A program made the position numbers and the translations under genes. The notes under the pieces were generated by a model, which saw nothing but the letters and a program-made list of their open reading frames with translations, made no database searches and had not been told where the DNA came from. From a virus, in the IMG/VR virus record IMGVR_UViG_3300037148_000025, positions 1 to 64,000 of that record: a DNA stretch of 64,000 bases. One strand, 5' to 3'. Positions 17,182 through 27,692 of this stretch are shown here, one piece after another (position 1 is the stretch's first letter; each line of letters starts with the position of its first letter).

Positions 17182-17604
17182 ATGTTTTCTAGAGTGAAGA
17201 TAAAGCGGGGAGCATTGGATCACTTTAGGAAAAAAGCGAGAGCGGCCTTTCCTCTAGAAATCCAAGCGTACATGATTGGAAAGATTGTGTCTGTAAATGA
17301 AATCGACGTTACCAAAATTGTTTATACCACAGAGTATGGTGTACAGACTCGTGGGAGTGTCAGTTGGTACTTGGCAGATTTAAATGCAGCAAAAATTAAA
17401 GCCAGCAAGATGGGTCAGACCATCGTTGGAGACATACACAGCCACCCGTCATGGGATGCAGTGATGTCGAAGGATGATTATGCCGTCTGCATAAGAGAGG
17501 CGTATTCTATACAAGGGATTGTATCTGTCAGTAACAAAAAGCGAACACGTATTCATTTTTGGACACCAAATTCAGCACTAGAGTGTCAAATAGTCTACAT
17601 TTAA
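17182..17604 (+). CDS. JAB/MPN+ (Mov34) metalloprotease
   Basis: N-terminal E (FPLE) plus HSHP...S..D JAMM motif (GDIHSHPSWDAVMSKDD). Confidence 0.85.
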   Translation: MFSRVKIKRGALDHFRKKARAAFPLEIQAYMIGKIVSVNEIDVTKIVYTTEYGVQTRGSVSWYLADLNAAKIKASKMGQTIVGDIHSHPSWDAVMSKDDYAVCIREAYSIQGIVSVSNKKRTRIHFWTPNSALECQIVYI

Positions 17605-17631
17605 GAAATCACTTAACTCTGGAGGGAGTAA

Positions 17632-18249
17632 ATGATAGAACCAAATCCAGTGTTATTAAAGAACACACAAGAAGAGATTGACAATATTATAGAGGAATCT
17701 GAAGAGGATGTATCTTCTGACCCCAGTATTCCAGAGTATCCCGAAGATCAAAAGTTTTGGGACCAGATGCGTGTTGAGAATACAGAGTTAAAGAACATCT
17801 TAAAGACAAAGATTCTGGATAACCCAAGAGTTTCAAATCTTGAACTTCTTGAAGCGTGTCGAATAATTGCCTCGATCAACTATGTGTATGTACAGGAAGG
17901 TTTGTTACATCGTGTAAAACGTACAACACCAACAATTCTAGAAAGCCAGAAGAAATATTATGAAGCTTACGAAGAGTTGTTTAAAAACAGGGACAAGGAA
18001 AGATTAAGAGTAAGGCGCGGGTATTTAAGAAAGCGAATCGAGCAGGCTAAAAAGAAGGTGATTTTAGTTCACCCAGATATTGTAAAATCATGGGTAGCCG
18101 AATTAAAAAGGATTGAAACTCACCTTAAAAAGAGAATAAAAGTTAAGGTTCCCGCAGATGAAGCTATTCTTATTGCCTCTGAAGAAACCAATCAACGTGT
18201 GCAGCAGATATTAGCAGATATTGCATCGGGCCTTGTGGGAGGGGAATAG
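17632..18249 (+). CDS. Hypothetical protein
   Basis: 205-aa ORF with RBS. Confidence 0.7.
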   Translation: MIEPNPVLLKNTQEEIDNIIEESEEDVSSDPSIPEYPEDQKFWDQMRVENTELKNILKTKILDNPRVSNLELLEACRIIASINYVYVQEGLLHRVKRTTPTILESQKKYYEAYEELFKNRDKERLRVRRGYLRKRIEQAKKKVILVHPDIVKSWVAELKRIETHLKKRIKVKVPADEAILIASEETNQRVQQILADIASGLVGGE

Positions 18250-18698
18250 TGCGAATTTTTAGAACAATAGATCGCATAGAAAGTTTGTTAGAAGCAAACA
18301 ACATATTACTCCAGCAAGTTAGCCATAAAATTAGTTGGCTATTAGCGCATCACAGTTTTACAGTTAGTATTTATCAGGAGACTCAAATGGCACTTGGAAA
18401 TATTTCAGCCGGTACTTCCGGCACTTTTGTAGCAGTTCTTAACGATAACGGATCGCCTATTGCTCTGCCTACTACATCAACTTTCGCATGGTCATCGTCT
18501 GATGCGACCGTAACCTTTACTGAAAGCACGGATACAACTACTGTAGTAGCATTGGTTCCAGCCGGTGATCTTGGGACTAGCGTGACTATTACAGCCTCAA
18601 CTGTAGGTCCAGACGGTATAACTTATAGCGGTTCTGTTACCGTGGCTCTTACTCCTGTTGCTCAAGCATACACAGTAACAGTTACCCAGTCGGCATAA
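18249..18698 (+). CDS. Ig-like beta-sandwich protein; second in-frame start at 18387
   Basis: Thr/Val-rich, WSSSD motif; AGGAG precedes the ATG at 18387. Confidence 0.6.
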   Translation: MRIFRTIDRIESLLEANNILLQQVSHKISWLLAHHSFTVSIYQETQMALGNISAGTSGTFVAVLNDNGSPIALPTTSTFAWSSSDATVTFTESTDTTTVVALVPAGDLGTSVTITASTVGPDGITYSGSVTVALTPVAQAYTVTVTQSA

Positions 18699-18725
18699 GA
18701 TGTTCCTGATTAATTCGGAGGAAAT

Positions 18726-18929
18726 ATGGGAGCATCTTTTGAAGTAGACATAGTTGAAGCGCAGAAATTTCAAAGCGTGTGGGACTTCCGGGGGGTAGCT
18801 ATTCCGCTGCCTCCCGAAGCCGCATATTTTGCAAGAGATTTTGCTAATGTAGTTATACGAAACTTCATTGAACTTTGTCAGCAACAAGCAAAGGAAAAGA
18901 AAGAGTTAAAGAAGGTTACTCTTTTGTAG
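18726..18929 (+). CDS. Hypothetical protein
   Basis: GGAGG RBS. Confidence 0.65.
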   Translation: MGASFEVDIVEAQKFQSVWDFRGVAIPLPPEAAYFARDFANVVIRNFIELCQQQAKEKKELKKVTLL

Positions 18930-18954
18930 TTTAAAAAAAAACACAGGGGAAACT

Positions 18955-19266
18955 ATGGTAGAGCAACTTAAAAATAAATGGCAGCAGAGTATTCCAGAGT
19001 GGGTCAAAGTTGTTACTCCTCTTCTTTTTGGGTTACTTAGTATGACTTGGTGGTTAAGCGCGCAGAACACAGCGATTGATAAACGCTTGGCAGATATTGA
19101 AGCCAAGCAACAAGAAATGTCTCAAACCTATGCTAAAGAAAATAATGAGCTATTTCTTTTTGGGCAGAGGATTGGAATTATTGAGACTTACTTACATTAC
19201 CAAGAAGATCGCCACGGGCATTCGGGAGAATTTCCATTACCGGTGATAGAACTTCCGGCTAACTAG
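18955..19266 (+). CDS. Membrane protein with coiled coil
   Basis: One TM helix followed by heptad repeats. Confidence 0.65.
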   Translation: MVEQLKNKWQQSIPEWVKVVTPLLFGLLSMTWWLSAQNTAIDKRLADIEAKQQEMSQTYAKENNELFLFGQRIGIIETYLHYQEDRHGHSGEFPLPVIELPAN

Positions 19267-19308
19267 GATGTTTCTCCGGCCCAATGGCAGAGCATGTGGG
19301 AGGAGCCA

Positions 19309-19830
19309 ATGGAAGAAATCTATAAAGACAAAAATCCCGGCTCTGTTTGGGTAGGCGATGATAACGATTATCTAAAAATTCAAGGCAGAGATGGTTGGGC
19401 AGCAGCAAGAATGTGTAAGTATGGTCCCGGAGGTCACCAACAAACATTGGGATATACTACACTGGGAGCACCCAAAGGAAAAAATTATCTCTCCGTTCAA
19501 AAAGGAAATCATCTTGCAGTAAATCTTATTGACACAACTGATCCGAACTTCGTTCCCTTCGAATGTATAAAGATCGCACTAGACTTCATCAAGGCGAAAC
19601 TACAGGAAGGGAAAAAGGTTTTGGTTGCTTGTAATGCAGGACATTCGCGCGGCCCCTCAACGGGGCTTGCCTTTTTGCGTTCGGTAGGAGATATGCCTTA
19701 TAGTTTTGGTAGAAGCGAGACTATTTATCATACAATATATCCTAAGTATAGTCCAAACATGGGAATAAGACAGATTATTAGAGAACATTGGTCAGAATTG
19801 GACGGTTTGGAGATTTCAGATGGCAAATGA
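19309..19830 (+). CDS. Dual-specificity/tyrosine phosphatase (CX5R)
   Basis: GKKVLVACNAGHSRG. Confidence 0.85.
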   Translation: MEEIYKDKNPGSVWVGDDNDYLKIQGRDGWAAARMCKYGPGGHQQTLGYTTLGAPKGKNYLSVQKGNHLAVNLIDTTDPNFVPFECIKIALDFIKAKLQEGKKVLVACNAGHSRGPSTGLAFLRSVGDMPYSFGRSETIYHTIYPKYSPNMGIRQIIREHWSELDGLEISDGK

Positions 19831-20542
19831 TAGTGCATTAGACAGCATAAAGGATCAAGTTTCAAATGTAGAGAGAAATCTTTCAGATACATTTCATGTG
19901 CCTGATATTTCCAAAGCGTTAGATACAGTTTCCGATACAGCCGAGAAAGCAGTTAATACAGGGAAAAATCTTGTTGACAAAGCAAAAGCTTATGTAAATA
20001 AAACTGCCCCTCCCCCCGCTCACACACCAAGTTACAAAGACGGGACAGATTACGTTCCTAAAACTGGACCAGCTAAATTACACAAAGGTGAAGCTGTTTT
20101 AAATAAAGAGGATGCTAAAGAACATCGTAAGGAAAAAGGAAATGACATGTCAAAAGAAAGTGTAATGAAGGAAGCTACCTCTTCCATGGCAGGAAAGAAA
20201 GAAGAGAAGCCCAAGAAAGAAGTTGAATCCATTCATACTCGCCACGCAAAGAACGGTGGGTATATTCACACTCACCACCACACACATCCAGAGCATCATC
20301 CAGACGAGGAACACATCTCAAAGGACCAAGATGCAATGGCAGACCATATGTTGCAGAACATGGGACAGCCTAACCCCGGAGAAGCAGAGGCAGATGCGGG
20401 GCAAAGCGGTATTCCCGGAGACGCGGGCGCAGCAGGGGCCGGTGCAGCAGGGGCAGGTGCAGGAGCGCCACAAGCAGCATCAGCAACTCCTCCACCAGCA
20501 GCAGGAGCACCGCCAGCAGGTGCATCTCCTATGGGAATGTAA
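19820..20542 (+). CDS. His-rich, low-complexity hypothetical protein
   Basis: YKDGTDYVPKTGPAKLHKGEAV module; HTHHHTHPEHH. Confidence 0.7.
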   Translation: MANDSALDSIKDQVSNVERNLSDTFHVPDISKALDTVSDTAEKAVNTGKNLVDKAKAYVNKTAPPPAHTPSYKDGTDYVPKTGPAKLHKGEAVLNKEDAKEHRKEKGNDMSKESVMKEATSSMAGKKEEKPKKEVESIHTRHAKNGGYIHTHHHTHPEHHPDEEHISKDQDAMADHMLQNMGQPNPGEAEADAGQSGIPGDAGAAGAGAAGAGAGAPQAASATPPPAAGAPPAGASPMGM

Positions 20543-20551
20543 GGAGATATT

Positions 20552-20752
20552 ATGGCAGGAAAAGAAAAAGTTGAACTATCCAATCATAGGGTAGTGATGC
20601 ATTTACACAAGGGCGGATTGCATCGAGCACTGGGGATTTCTGAAGATAAGGATATTCCCGAAGAAAGGTTAGATACTGCTTTAAATAGCAAGAATGAGCA
20701 TGTCAGAAAAATGGCTTCCCTTGCAAAGACAATGAAGAGTTGGAAGAAGTAA
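20552..20752 (+). CDS. Small basic protein (LHKGGLHRALG module)
   Basis: AAGGAG RBS. Confidence 0.7.
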   Translation: MAGKEKVELSNHRVVMHLHKGGLHRALGISEDKDIPEERLDTALNSKNEHVRKMASLAKTMKSWKK

Positions 20753-20760
20753 GGAGTTAT

Positions 20761-21288
20761 ATGAGTCTGTTACCACCCAGTGATAAAAATTTAGACAACG
20801 GAAATCAAGTGACGACACAGGCAGCAAGTAAACCGGCACCGGCATCTCCAAAACCTGCTTCAACAGGAAAAACGGTAGCAAAGGATTCTCTTGGTATAAT
20901 TGGGGCGGCATTAAGCGGGGCCAGTAAAGGTGCTTCATCCGATAGCTCTGGAAGTCAAAGTCAAATGGCTCATCATTTTGAGCCAGCAAGCTACAAAACA
21001 GGCACGGCATACGTTCCCAAAACTGGACCAGCGATCTTACATAAAGGTGAAGCAGTTATTCCGGCCAGCGAAAATAAGTCTGAAGGAACGGTTTCTACCC
21101 ATAGAGCACTTATGCACCTTAACCATGGTGGATTGCACAGGGCGCTAGGTCTTAAAGAGAGTGACGGAATTCCCAGAGAGAGTGTGGAAACGGCGCTTGG
21201 AAGCAAGAATGACCACGTAAAGACCATGGCCGGACTCGCCGGTGTGGTGATGGGACCGAAGGAACAGAAGGAACCGAAGAAAAAGTAA
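20761..21288 (+). CDS. Hypothetical protein fusing modules of the two preceding ORFs
   Basis: YKTGTAYVPKTGPAILHKGEAV plus LNHGGLHRALG. Confidence 0.7.
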   Translation: MSLLPPSDKNLDNGNQVTTQAASKPAPASPKPASTGKTVAKDSLGIIGAALSGASKGASSDSSGSQSQMAHHFEPASYKTGTAYVPKTGPAILHKGEAVIPASENKSEGTVSTHRALMHLNHGGLHRALGLKESDGIPRESVETALGSKNDHVKTMAGLAGVVMGPKEQKEPKKK

Positions 21289-21306
21289 TGCATATCTGGG
21301 AGGGTC

Positions 21307-23334
21307 ATGCAGATCAGTAAATTAGAACAACTTTATGAAGAGTGCAGACATCTCCCTCATTATCAATACAGAGATATGGACGATGAAGAGTTTTCCAAAC
21401 GAGCAGTAACTAGTTTTGGGCGATTGAACGAGAAAAATAGAAACATAGTCCTTAACTCTTGGAGCAAGAAACTCGGAAAGTCCAGTGGTGAGTTGGATGC
21501 ATCAGATATTCGTAAACTTGTTGTTTACAGATTTGCGGCCCAGACTAACCTTTATTTTTTATGTCATTTACTTGAGAAGTATGACCAGACAACACTGCAA
21601 ACACACGAAGAGATTTGTAATGACTTCTTCGTGCATAAAGACCCAACATTTTCAACATTTGAAGCATTTGCTAATCAGTACTCAGACCTAAAGGAAAGGC
21701 TTTTGTTAGTGCCACGTGGAGGATATAAAAGTTCGATTGACATTGCTGATTGCGTACAATGGACCATTTGTTTTCCAGCAATTACAATTCTTATTCTTAC
21801 GGGAGTTTATAAACTATCAGGAGATTTTCTTGGGGAAGCGAAGCAACATTTTACACATGATGAGAGTGGACAGAAAGACGATAAGGGCGATGTAATTTTA
21901 CAGCCTCGTCAAATAATGGATAAGAAAACTGGTGAATGGTCCGATAGCATGTTTCAGGTTCTTTTCTCTGAGCACTGCATTCCACCTAATACTGGAACAC
22001 AGTTTGAGTTTCAGACACCGGCTGGTGGAGATGACAAAGAGCCAACAATTAGAGCGGCGTCTATTGAACAAGCCTTATCTGGAATGCACTTTGGTGTGTT
22101 GAAGTTGGATGATGTGGTAACAAACGAGAACAGCCAAAATCAAGATCGAATTAGGACCATTAATAATCAAATTAGTATTAACAAAGCTATGTTGAATCCT
22201 TATGGATTCTTCGATTTAATTGGGACTTGGTATGACGAGTTCGACCAGTATGGAATTACGGTAAGACAGGAAGAGAAGTTTGCTGAAGAAGAGGGATTAA
22301 CGAATAATATCCACGGTTCAGTTGATAGTGGAATTTTTAATAGCAGTGTATTTGTCAAGGTTTATTTGCGGTCTGCATGGTGGCCTACGGATGAGGCTAA
22401 GAAATCTGGAAAGGTAGACGATGAGATGACCAAGAGCGATTATGTTCTTTGGTTTCCCGAACGCCTGAACTATGAATTCTTAGAGCGCGAGTGGAAGAGA
22501 GATGAGGGCACTGGCAACTTTGCTATTAAGTATTTAAATAATCCTCGTAAAATCAATAATGTTAAGTTCCCTCGGGAGCTACTAGTACGGCGTACCATTC
22601 CTCATTATCAGTTTCCGCAGCAGGGAATAGTGGTCACAGCGGTTGATACCGCGTACAGCGTCAAGTCTTGGGCAGATTATACAGTTGCAATGACTGCGTT
22701 GATTTTTGGTGGACGCTTCTACGTTATTAACATGGTTAGGGGAAAGTATAACGAGTATGACTTACCGAAGGTAATTGCTAATGTTGGTTATAAATGGAAG
22801 CCCAAGAGAATTGCCATTGAGGACTCCGTTGGGGTCAAATGGATGGGTCGAGAACTCAGACGAGAAATGGATGCACTCAAAATTTCTATTCCTGTCGAAT
22901 TCTGCTCGTTGGGCTATGGTACAAAACTTCGTTCGAAGCAGCTTAAAGCCAAACCCGTTCTCAGATTACTAGGGGATGAACGTTTGTATTTTCTGAATTC
23001 CTGTGAAGGACTGGCAGAAATTTACACAGAGATGGAGCAGTTCACAGGGACTAGTGATGATAAGCACGACGACATTGTGTCGGCCATTTCTCTTCTAGTC
23101 GAGCAGTTTGGCGGCTATGCAGACATGGACAGAAAAATTAGTATAGCTTCTTCCGATTTTGCAGCCGATGCGAAGTCGAAGGCTCGGCACGATATGATTT
23201 ATTGCGCCGGGGAGTATGCGAGTCTCAATCAGAACGGAAGCGAAGACCCGAAAACGGCCTATGCATTACTGAACAGCCCGGCACAGCAGGTGCAGGAAAA
23301 ATATGCTGACCCTTTTAGCGATTTGATGGGATGA
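21307..23334 (+). CDS. terL: Terminase large subunit
   Basis: LVPRGGYKSS (Walker A), LKLDDVV (Walker B), IGTW, AVDTAY..DYT, HDDIV nuclease motifs. Confidence 0.92.
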   Translation: MQISKLEQLYEECRHLPHYQYRDMDDEEFSKRAVTSFGRLNEKNRNIVLNSWSKKLGKSSGELDASDIRKLVVYRFAAQTNLYFLCHLLEKYDQTTLQTHEEICNDFFVHKDPTFSTFEAFANQYSDLKERLLLVPRGGYKSSIDIADCVQWTICFPAITILILTGVYKLSGDFLGEAKQHFTHDESGQKDDKGDVILQPRQIMDKKTGEWSDSMFQVLFSEHCIPPNTGTQFEFQTPAGGDDKEPTIRAASIEQALSGMHFGVLKLDDVVTNENSQNQDRIRTINNQISINKAMLNPYGFFDLIGTWYDEFDQYGITVRQEEKFAEEEGLTNNIHGSVDSGIFNSSVFVKVYLRSAWWPTDEAKKSGKVDDEMTKSDYVLWFPERLNYEFLEREWKRDEGTGNFAIKYLNNPRKINNVKFPRELLVRRTIPHYQFPQQGIVVTAVDTAYSVKSWADYTVAMTALIFGGRFYVINMVRGKYNEYDLPKVIANVGYKWKPKRIAIEDSVGVKWMGRELRREMDALKISIPVEFCSLGYGTKLRSKQLKAKPVLRLLGDERLYFLNSCEGLAEIYTEMEQFTGTSDDKHDDIVSAISLLVEQFGGYADMDRKISIASSDFAADAKSKARHDMIYCAGEYASLNQNGSEDPKTAYALLNSPAQQVQEKYADPFSDLMG

Positions 23335-23513
23335 CCGGAGGCTGTGTGACCCCTACTCTGAATGAACTAAAAAAGAAAGTTGTGGAAGACTATCAAAGAC
23401 AGCTTCCCGGAGAGCGTTTATATGGAAAAATCTTTTCTGTCTACGTTCTTGACAAATACGCAAAATTATTGCTACGGATTTACAGAAAGGTAGAAACGCG
23501 AAAGGAACACTAA
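23331..23513 (+). CDS. Small hypothetical protein
   Basis: Translationally coupled to both neighbours. Confidence 0.4.
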   Translation: MTGGCVTPTLNELKKKVVEDYQRQLPGERLYGKIFSVYVLDKYAKLLLRIYRKVETRKEH

Positions 23514-24109
23514 TGATGGATAATGGTTTTTATACATATCTCTGGTTAAGAGAGGACGGCACGCCGTACTACGTGGGAAAGGGGCGTGGCAAACGTGCAT
23601 TCCGTTGCGGAGCGCCCCCTGCGGAACGAGTGATAATACAATATCACCCGAGTGAGCGGGATGCACTTGTTGCGGAAGTATTTTTTATTGCATACTACGG
23701 TCGTAAAGATTTAGGAACTGGGTGTTTAAGAAATTACACGGACGGTGGAGGGGGAGTAAGCGGTTGGATTTGTTCTGCTGAAGCAAGAGCAAAAATGTCT
23801 GCTTCGAAAATGAATCATGCAACATCAGATGAAACAAGAGCAAAGCTGTCTGCTTCTAGGAGAGGAAAGGTAGCATCCGATGAAACAAGAGCAAAAATGT
23901 CTGCTTCTAGGAGAGGAAAGGTAGCATCCGATGAAACAAGGGAAAAAATGTCTGCTTCGAAAATGAATCATGCAGAATCAGATGAAACAAGAGCAAAAAT
24001 ATCTGCAAATCATGTAGGAATGAAAGGAAAAGTTCATTCAGACGAGACTAAAGCAAAAATTCGACTTTCTAGATTAGCCTGTATAGAAAAACGTAAGCGA
24101 GAGGAGTAA
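23513..24109 (+). CDS. Free-standing GIY-YIG-like homing endonuclease with NUMOD3 repeats
   Basis: FYTYLWLREDGTPYYVGKG...LRNYTDGG, then about 6 SDETRAKMSAS repeats. Confidence 0.85.
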   Translation: MMDNGFYTYLWLREDGTPYYVGKGRGKRAFRCGAPPAERVIIQYHPSERDALVAEVFFIAYYGRKDLGTGCLRNYTDGGGGVSGWICSAEARAKMSASKMNHATSDETRAKLSASRRGKVASDETRAKMSASRRGKVASDETREKMSASKMNHAESDETRAKISANHVGMKGKVHSDETKAKIRLSRLACIEKRKREE

Positions 24110-24111
24110 AA

Positions 24112-26223
24112 ATGGCGGAAATACAGCCTGACGGTGGAAATCAAACACGCGAACTCACTCCTATGGACTATGGGGTAGGGGGTGATCTTAGGACATCTGA
24201 TGCCGAGGTTGCTCTTGTTGTCGGCGCTGCCAGTAAAGCCGAAAGTTTTATTAGTGACAAGCAGTATTCTCTTTTATGGCGTGATGCTGATTTGCTTTAC
24301 CAGTCTCCTCGTCCCATGTCAGTCTACGAAAACACGTATGTTTTAGAACCCAACGTGCAGCGGTTTACAGTCGCAAAGGTTATGAATTCTATTGTCCCCC
24401 AATTGTACAAAGGACTTTTCTATCAAGACCCACCGATGGTACTACGTCCCCACCCAGGTACGTCTCAGAACGTTGTTGATGCAAAAACGGCTCTATTTTC
24501 CGCATTGCTCGATGATTGTGGATTTAAGATGGAGGTAAAATATGGGCTGGAGCAAATGGCGCACTTAGGGACAGGTATTTGGAAGTGGGGTATAGAATAC
24601 AAAGAAATTATTACTAAAACCAGAATTTCCACTGTGAGCAAGCTTCCGTCCGGCCCTTCACCGGTAGAGCTTCAGAGCATTGTTCCCACGAAAGATGCCC
24701 CAAAAATTACAACCACGAGCAGATGGGTTCCTCGTCCGTTTTTTGAGAGCAGAGAGATTAGCAAAGTATTAGTGGACCCCCATTGTTCTGTGGGTGACAT
24801 TCGTAGAGCAAAGTTTGCTGTAGATGTCCGGTACATGAACTATTATGAGTTGCTCGATCTTGTAAAGGGCATCGAAGCACTTCCAGATGAGCATCCTGAT
24901 AAGGAGGGGTGGTCACTTCCCAGTGAGGCAGAGTTGCGGTCATGGTTTATGCCGCCAACGAATGCCGGAATATCAGAAGCCTCTGCTACAGATCGAGCCA
25001 CATATGTAGAGGGAATTGTTCACCATGCAGAGGAAATGAATATTCAAACTTCTCCAGATTTGCTGATGAAGTCGATGGAGACGCTAGAGTATTGGGACAA
25101 GAAGAGAAAGATACTTGTTATTGATCGTAAGCACAAGCTGTGTTCTCAAAAAAATACATTTAGTTGCCTTCCTTTCTTTTCGGCAAATTGGTGGAATCGT
25201 CCGAAAGCATTTTATGGTATGGGTCTGGGCCTGATTGTTGGACAAAATCAACGTGTGGATCAGGGCACCATTAATGCTATTCTGAAGATTCTGTCATTTG
25301 GTGTAAACCCAATTTATTTGCGCAAAAGGGATTCAAACTCGCCTACGCAGATGATACGTACTGGGTTGGGTAAAATCCTGACAGTTGACGGGGAGACTAA
25401 AGACGCTTACCATCTGTTAGAAGCGCCCAAGGTTCCTTCAGATGTGTGGTCGGCACTGTCTGAATCCGAGAAGGCCACAGAAAGTAGCTCCGGTGCTGAC
25501 TCGCAACTTGTGCAAGGTTCCACAGCAGGTCCAAGATCATCGATGGGGCGCACAGCTACTGGGGCAACTCAGCAAGCAGGTGCAAGTGCAACTCGATTAG
25601 ATGGTCCTCTGGACAATTTTATCGAGCAGGTCTTTAAGCCGTGGTTGTACAGACTTGATCAATTAGTGTTCGAATTTTTCTCTGACGATGAAATCTTCCA
25701 GATTTTAGGTGTAGAGAAAGGTAAGGACTTCGAATTTGATATGCAGGAATTCCACGATGCAGTAATCGAGTATGAGGTTCTTGCGGGCGCATCGCTGGCA
25801 GCGAAGAGAACTATGAGTCAGTCGATGACCTTGATTACTCAGATTTTTGAGAACCCAACCATTCAGCAGAATCTTGCGGAGATCAATGAAGAGTATATTG
25901 ACTTTAGAGAAATTCTTAAGATGTGGATGGAAGCGAGTGAGTGGAAGAATTTCAATGATATTGTGAAACCATTGACGCAGGCAATGAAAGCAAAGCAGGC
26001 ACAAAAATCACAAGCAGCACAACAGCAGGGTAAGCAAGCTACACAATCTGCTATTAGTGCTCAGAATGCTAGTCAGAAAGCGCAGCTTCAAGAGCAATCA
26101 ATTCAGGGCAGAATACAAGAGCGATTGATTGTGGGCGCTGTTTTGAATAGTGCAAAAGGAGAGGCCAACGAGGGTACTCCCGATACGGGGGGTCTTGGTG
26201 GTGAAGAACCAACGGTAGAGTAA
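24112..26223 (+). CDS. Portal protein
   Basis: 703 aa after terL; GTGIWKW, FYGMGLG, R.ATGA motifs typical of podovirus/P22-like portals. Confidence 0.85.
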   Translation: MAEIQPDGGNQTRELTPMDYGVGGDLRTSDAEVALVVGAASKAESFISDKQYSLLWRDADLLYQSPRPMSVYENTYVLEPNVQRFTVAKVMNSIVPQLYKGLFYQDPPMVLRPHPGTSQNVVDAKTALFSALLDDCGFKMEVKYGLEQMAHLGTGIWKWGIEYKEIITKTRISTVSKLPSGPSPVELQSIVPTKDAPKITTTSRWVPRPFFESREISKVLVDPHCSVGDIRRAKFAVDVRYMNYYELLDLVKGIEALPDEHPDKEGWSLPSEAELRSWFMPPTNAGISEASATDRATYVEGIVHHAEEMNIQTSPDLLMKSMETLEYWDKKRKILVIDRKHKLCSQKNTFSCLPFFSANWWNRPKAFYGMGLGLIVGQNQRVDQGTINAILKILSFGVNPIYLRKRDSNSPTQMIRTGLGKILTVDGETKDAYHLLEAPKVPSDVWSALSESEKATESSSGADSQLVQGSTAGPRSSMGRTATGATQQAGASATRLDGPLDNFIEQVFKPWLYRLDQLVFEFFSDDEIFQILGVEKGKDFEFDMQEFHDAVIEYEVLAGASLAAKRTMSQSMTLITQIFENPTIQQNLAEINEEYIDFREILKMWMEASEWKNFNDIVKPLTQAMKAKQAQKSQAAQQQGKQATQSAISAQNASQKAQLQEQSIQGRIQERLIVGAVLNSAKGEANEGTPDTGGLGGEEPTVE

Positions 26224-26349
26224 GTAAACCGAACGGTTACTGTTTAGTTTGTAACCGTTCGGTCCTGAATTAAAATTGCCGTCTCTAAAATAACCGATAA
26301 ATTGCGATGTTATTCGGCGCAAAGACGGCAGCATTCTTAGGAGAAGAGG

Positions 26350-26715
26350 ATGATAACAACCGAGAATAATTTGAAGACATATGAGCCGGAGATCAGTCTT
26401 TCGGCTCAAGAAATAGGCGATTTGTCAGGGATTGTTTATCATCCCGGTTTTGCAGTTTTTCAGAAGATTGGAAAATCGACTGTAGACAGGTTTATCTTGG
26501 CGTGGCTCAATCAGAAGACCGATGCAGATATAATCGAAGCGCACAGATCGGCTAAGGTTGCCGCACAGTTGTACACGATGCTCATTAATCGGATTAATCA
26601 GGAAGTGACTGATTATCGAGACACGGTAAAGGAAAATAGCAAACCAGTTGATTCTGGTGAATCTTTGGACATGGGAGAAATTGCAGCAGAAGACGTTGGG
26701 GAGGCGTTTATCTAA
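26350..26715 (+). CDS. Head-associated hypothetical protein
   Basis: Lies between portal and scaffold. Confidence 0.65.
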   Translation: MITTENNLKTYEPEISLSAQEIGDLSGIVYHPGFAVFQKIGKSTVDRFILAWLNQKTDADIIEAHRSAKVAAQLYTMLINRINQEVTDYRDTVKENSKPVDSGESLDMGEIAAEDVGEAFI

Positions 26716-27692
26716 TGGCAGATGAAATTGTAGTAGAGCAGCCTGTAGTAGAGCAGCCTGTAGTAGAGGTTGTAGAGGAGCCTTTGGTAGAGCAGAGGTA
26801 CACTTATCAGCCCAAGGATGAAACTGGACGGTCCATAGGTGGGCTTCAAGTAATCAAGTACCATACACAAGAAGAATTAGTAGAGAAGTTCCAAGAGCAG
26901 AACACCCTCCTTATTCGTAAATTACGTAAAGAGACGCGCAACAATCGTCTTGGCATTCTGGAGGATGAACCTATTTCCGATGATGCCCAACGTTTTACGG
27001 GTGCGGTTGAGTTTAAGCCCCGTGAACTGAGCAATGAGGAGCGTTATGAGATTGCTCATAAACTTTTGGACCCTACCACGGCGTATGAAGCAACAGAGAC
27101 TTTGATTGAAGCTGGAGTAGGAGCGCCTCTTAAAGTTATTGGTGAAACTTTACAGGGAGTACAGCAAGATAACATTAAACTTCGTGCAAGAATAGAAGTT
27201 GATTCTTTCATTGCAGAAAACCATGATTATTATAAATGCTCTGAAAATCAGGAAGCAATCATAGCATGGATGCTTCGGTATGATCTTGCCCCAGTTAAAG
27301 AGAATTTTCAGAAGGCATATGACACCCTGAGAGCACAGGGCGTGCTTATTGAGAGCGGTGCCGTTGAGGAGATTCCTGTGGCAGTAGAACCAGTGGTCGT
27401 TCCGGTAGTGGAACCTGTTGTAGAAGTTGTCCATGAATTGTTACCAGTAGCCGAGATTCCTATCAGGGTTTCAAGTGGGTTGACAAGGGCTAACTCATCA
27501 GATGTTGGTGTGGTTCGTGCTCCCGGAAGCGGGATCGCCTATGAATTTATTCAGGACGGTCAAAAGAAGGTTTTTACCGGACTTGCAGCCGTGCAAGCTA
27601 TGCCAAGTGACGAGTATAAGCGTAGACTTCTTACTGACAAGACTTTTGGTGTAGAAGTAGACAAGTTGGAAGCAGCAGCGAGAAAGAGGTAG
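26715..27692 (+). CDS. Putative capsid scaffolding protein
   Basis: Acidic, upstream of the capsid gene; C-terminal MPSDEYKRRL helix. Confidence 0.6.
   Translation: MADEIVVEQPVVEQPVVEVVEEPLVEQRYTYQPKDETGRSIGGLQVIKYHTQEELVEKFQEQNTLLIRKLRKETRNNRLGILEDEPISDDAQRFTGAVEFKPRELSNEERYEIAHKLLDPTTAYEATETLIEAGVGAPLKVIGETLQGVQQDNIKLRARIEVDSFIAENHDYYKCSENQEAIIAWMLRYDLAPVKENFQKAYDTLRAQGVLIESGAVEEIPVAVEPVVVPVVEPVVEVVHELLPVAEIPIRVSSGLTRANSSDVGVVRAPGSGIAYEFIQDGQKKVFTGLAAVQAMPSDEYKRRLLTDKTFGVEVDKLEAAARKR

Noticed and set aside
23513-24109. NUMOD3 endonuclease as part of a third intron
   Set aside because: terL and portal are both uninterrupted and no P7/R/S elements flank it, so it is free-standing
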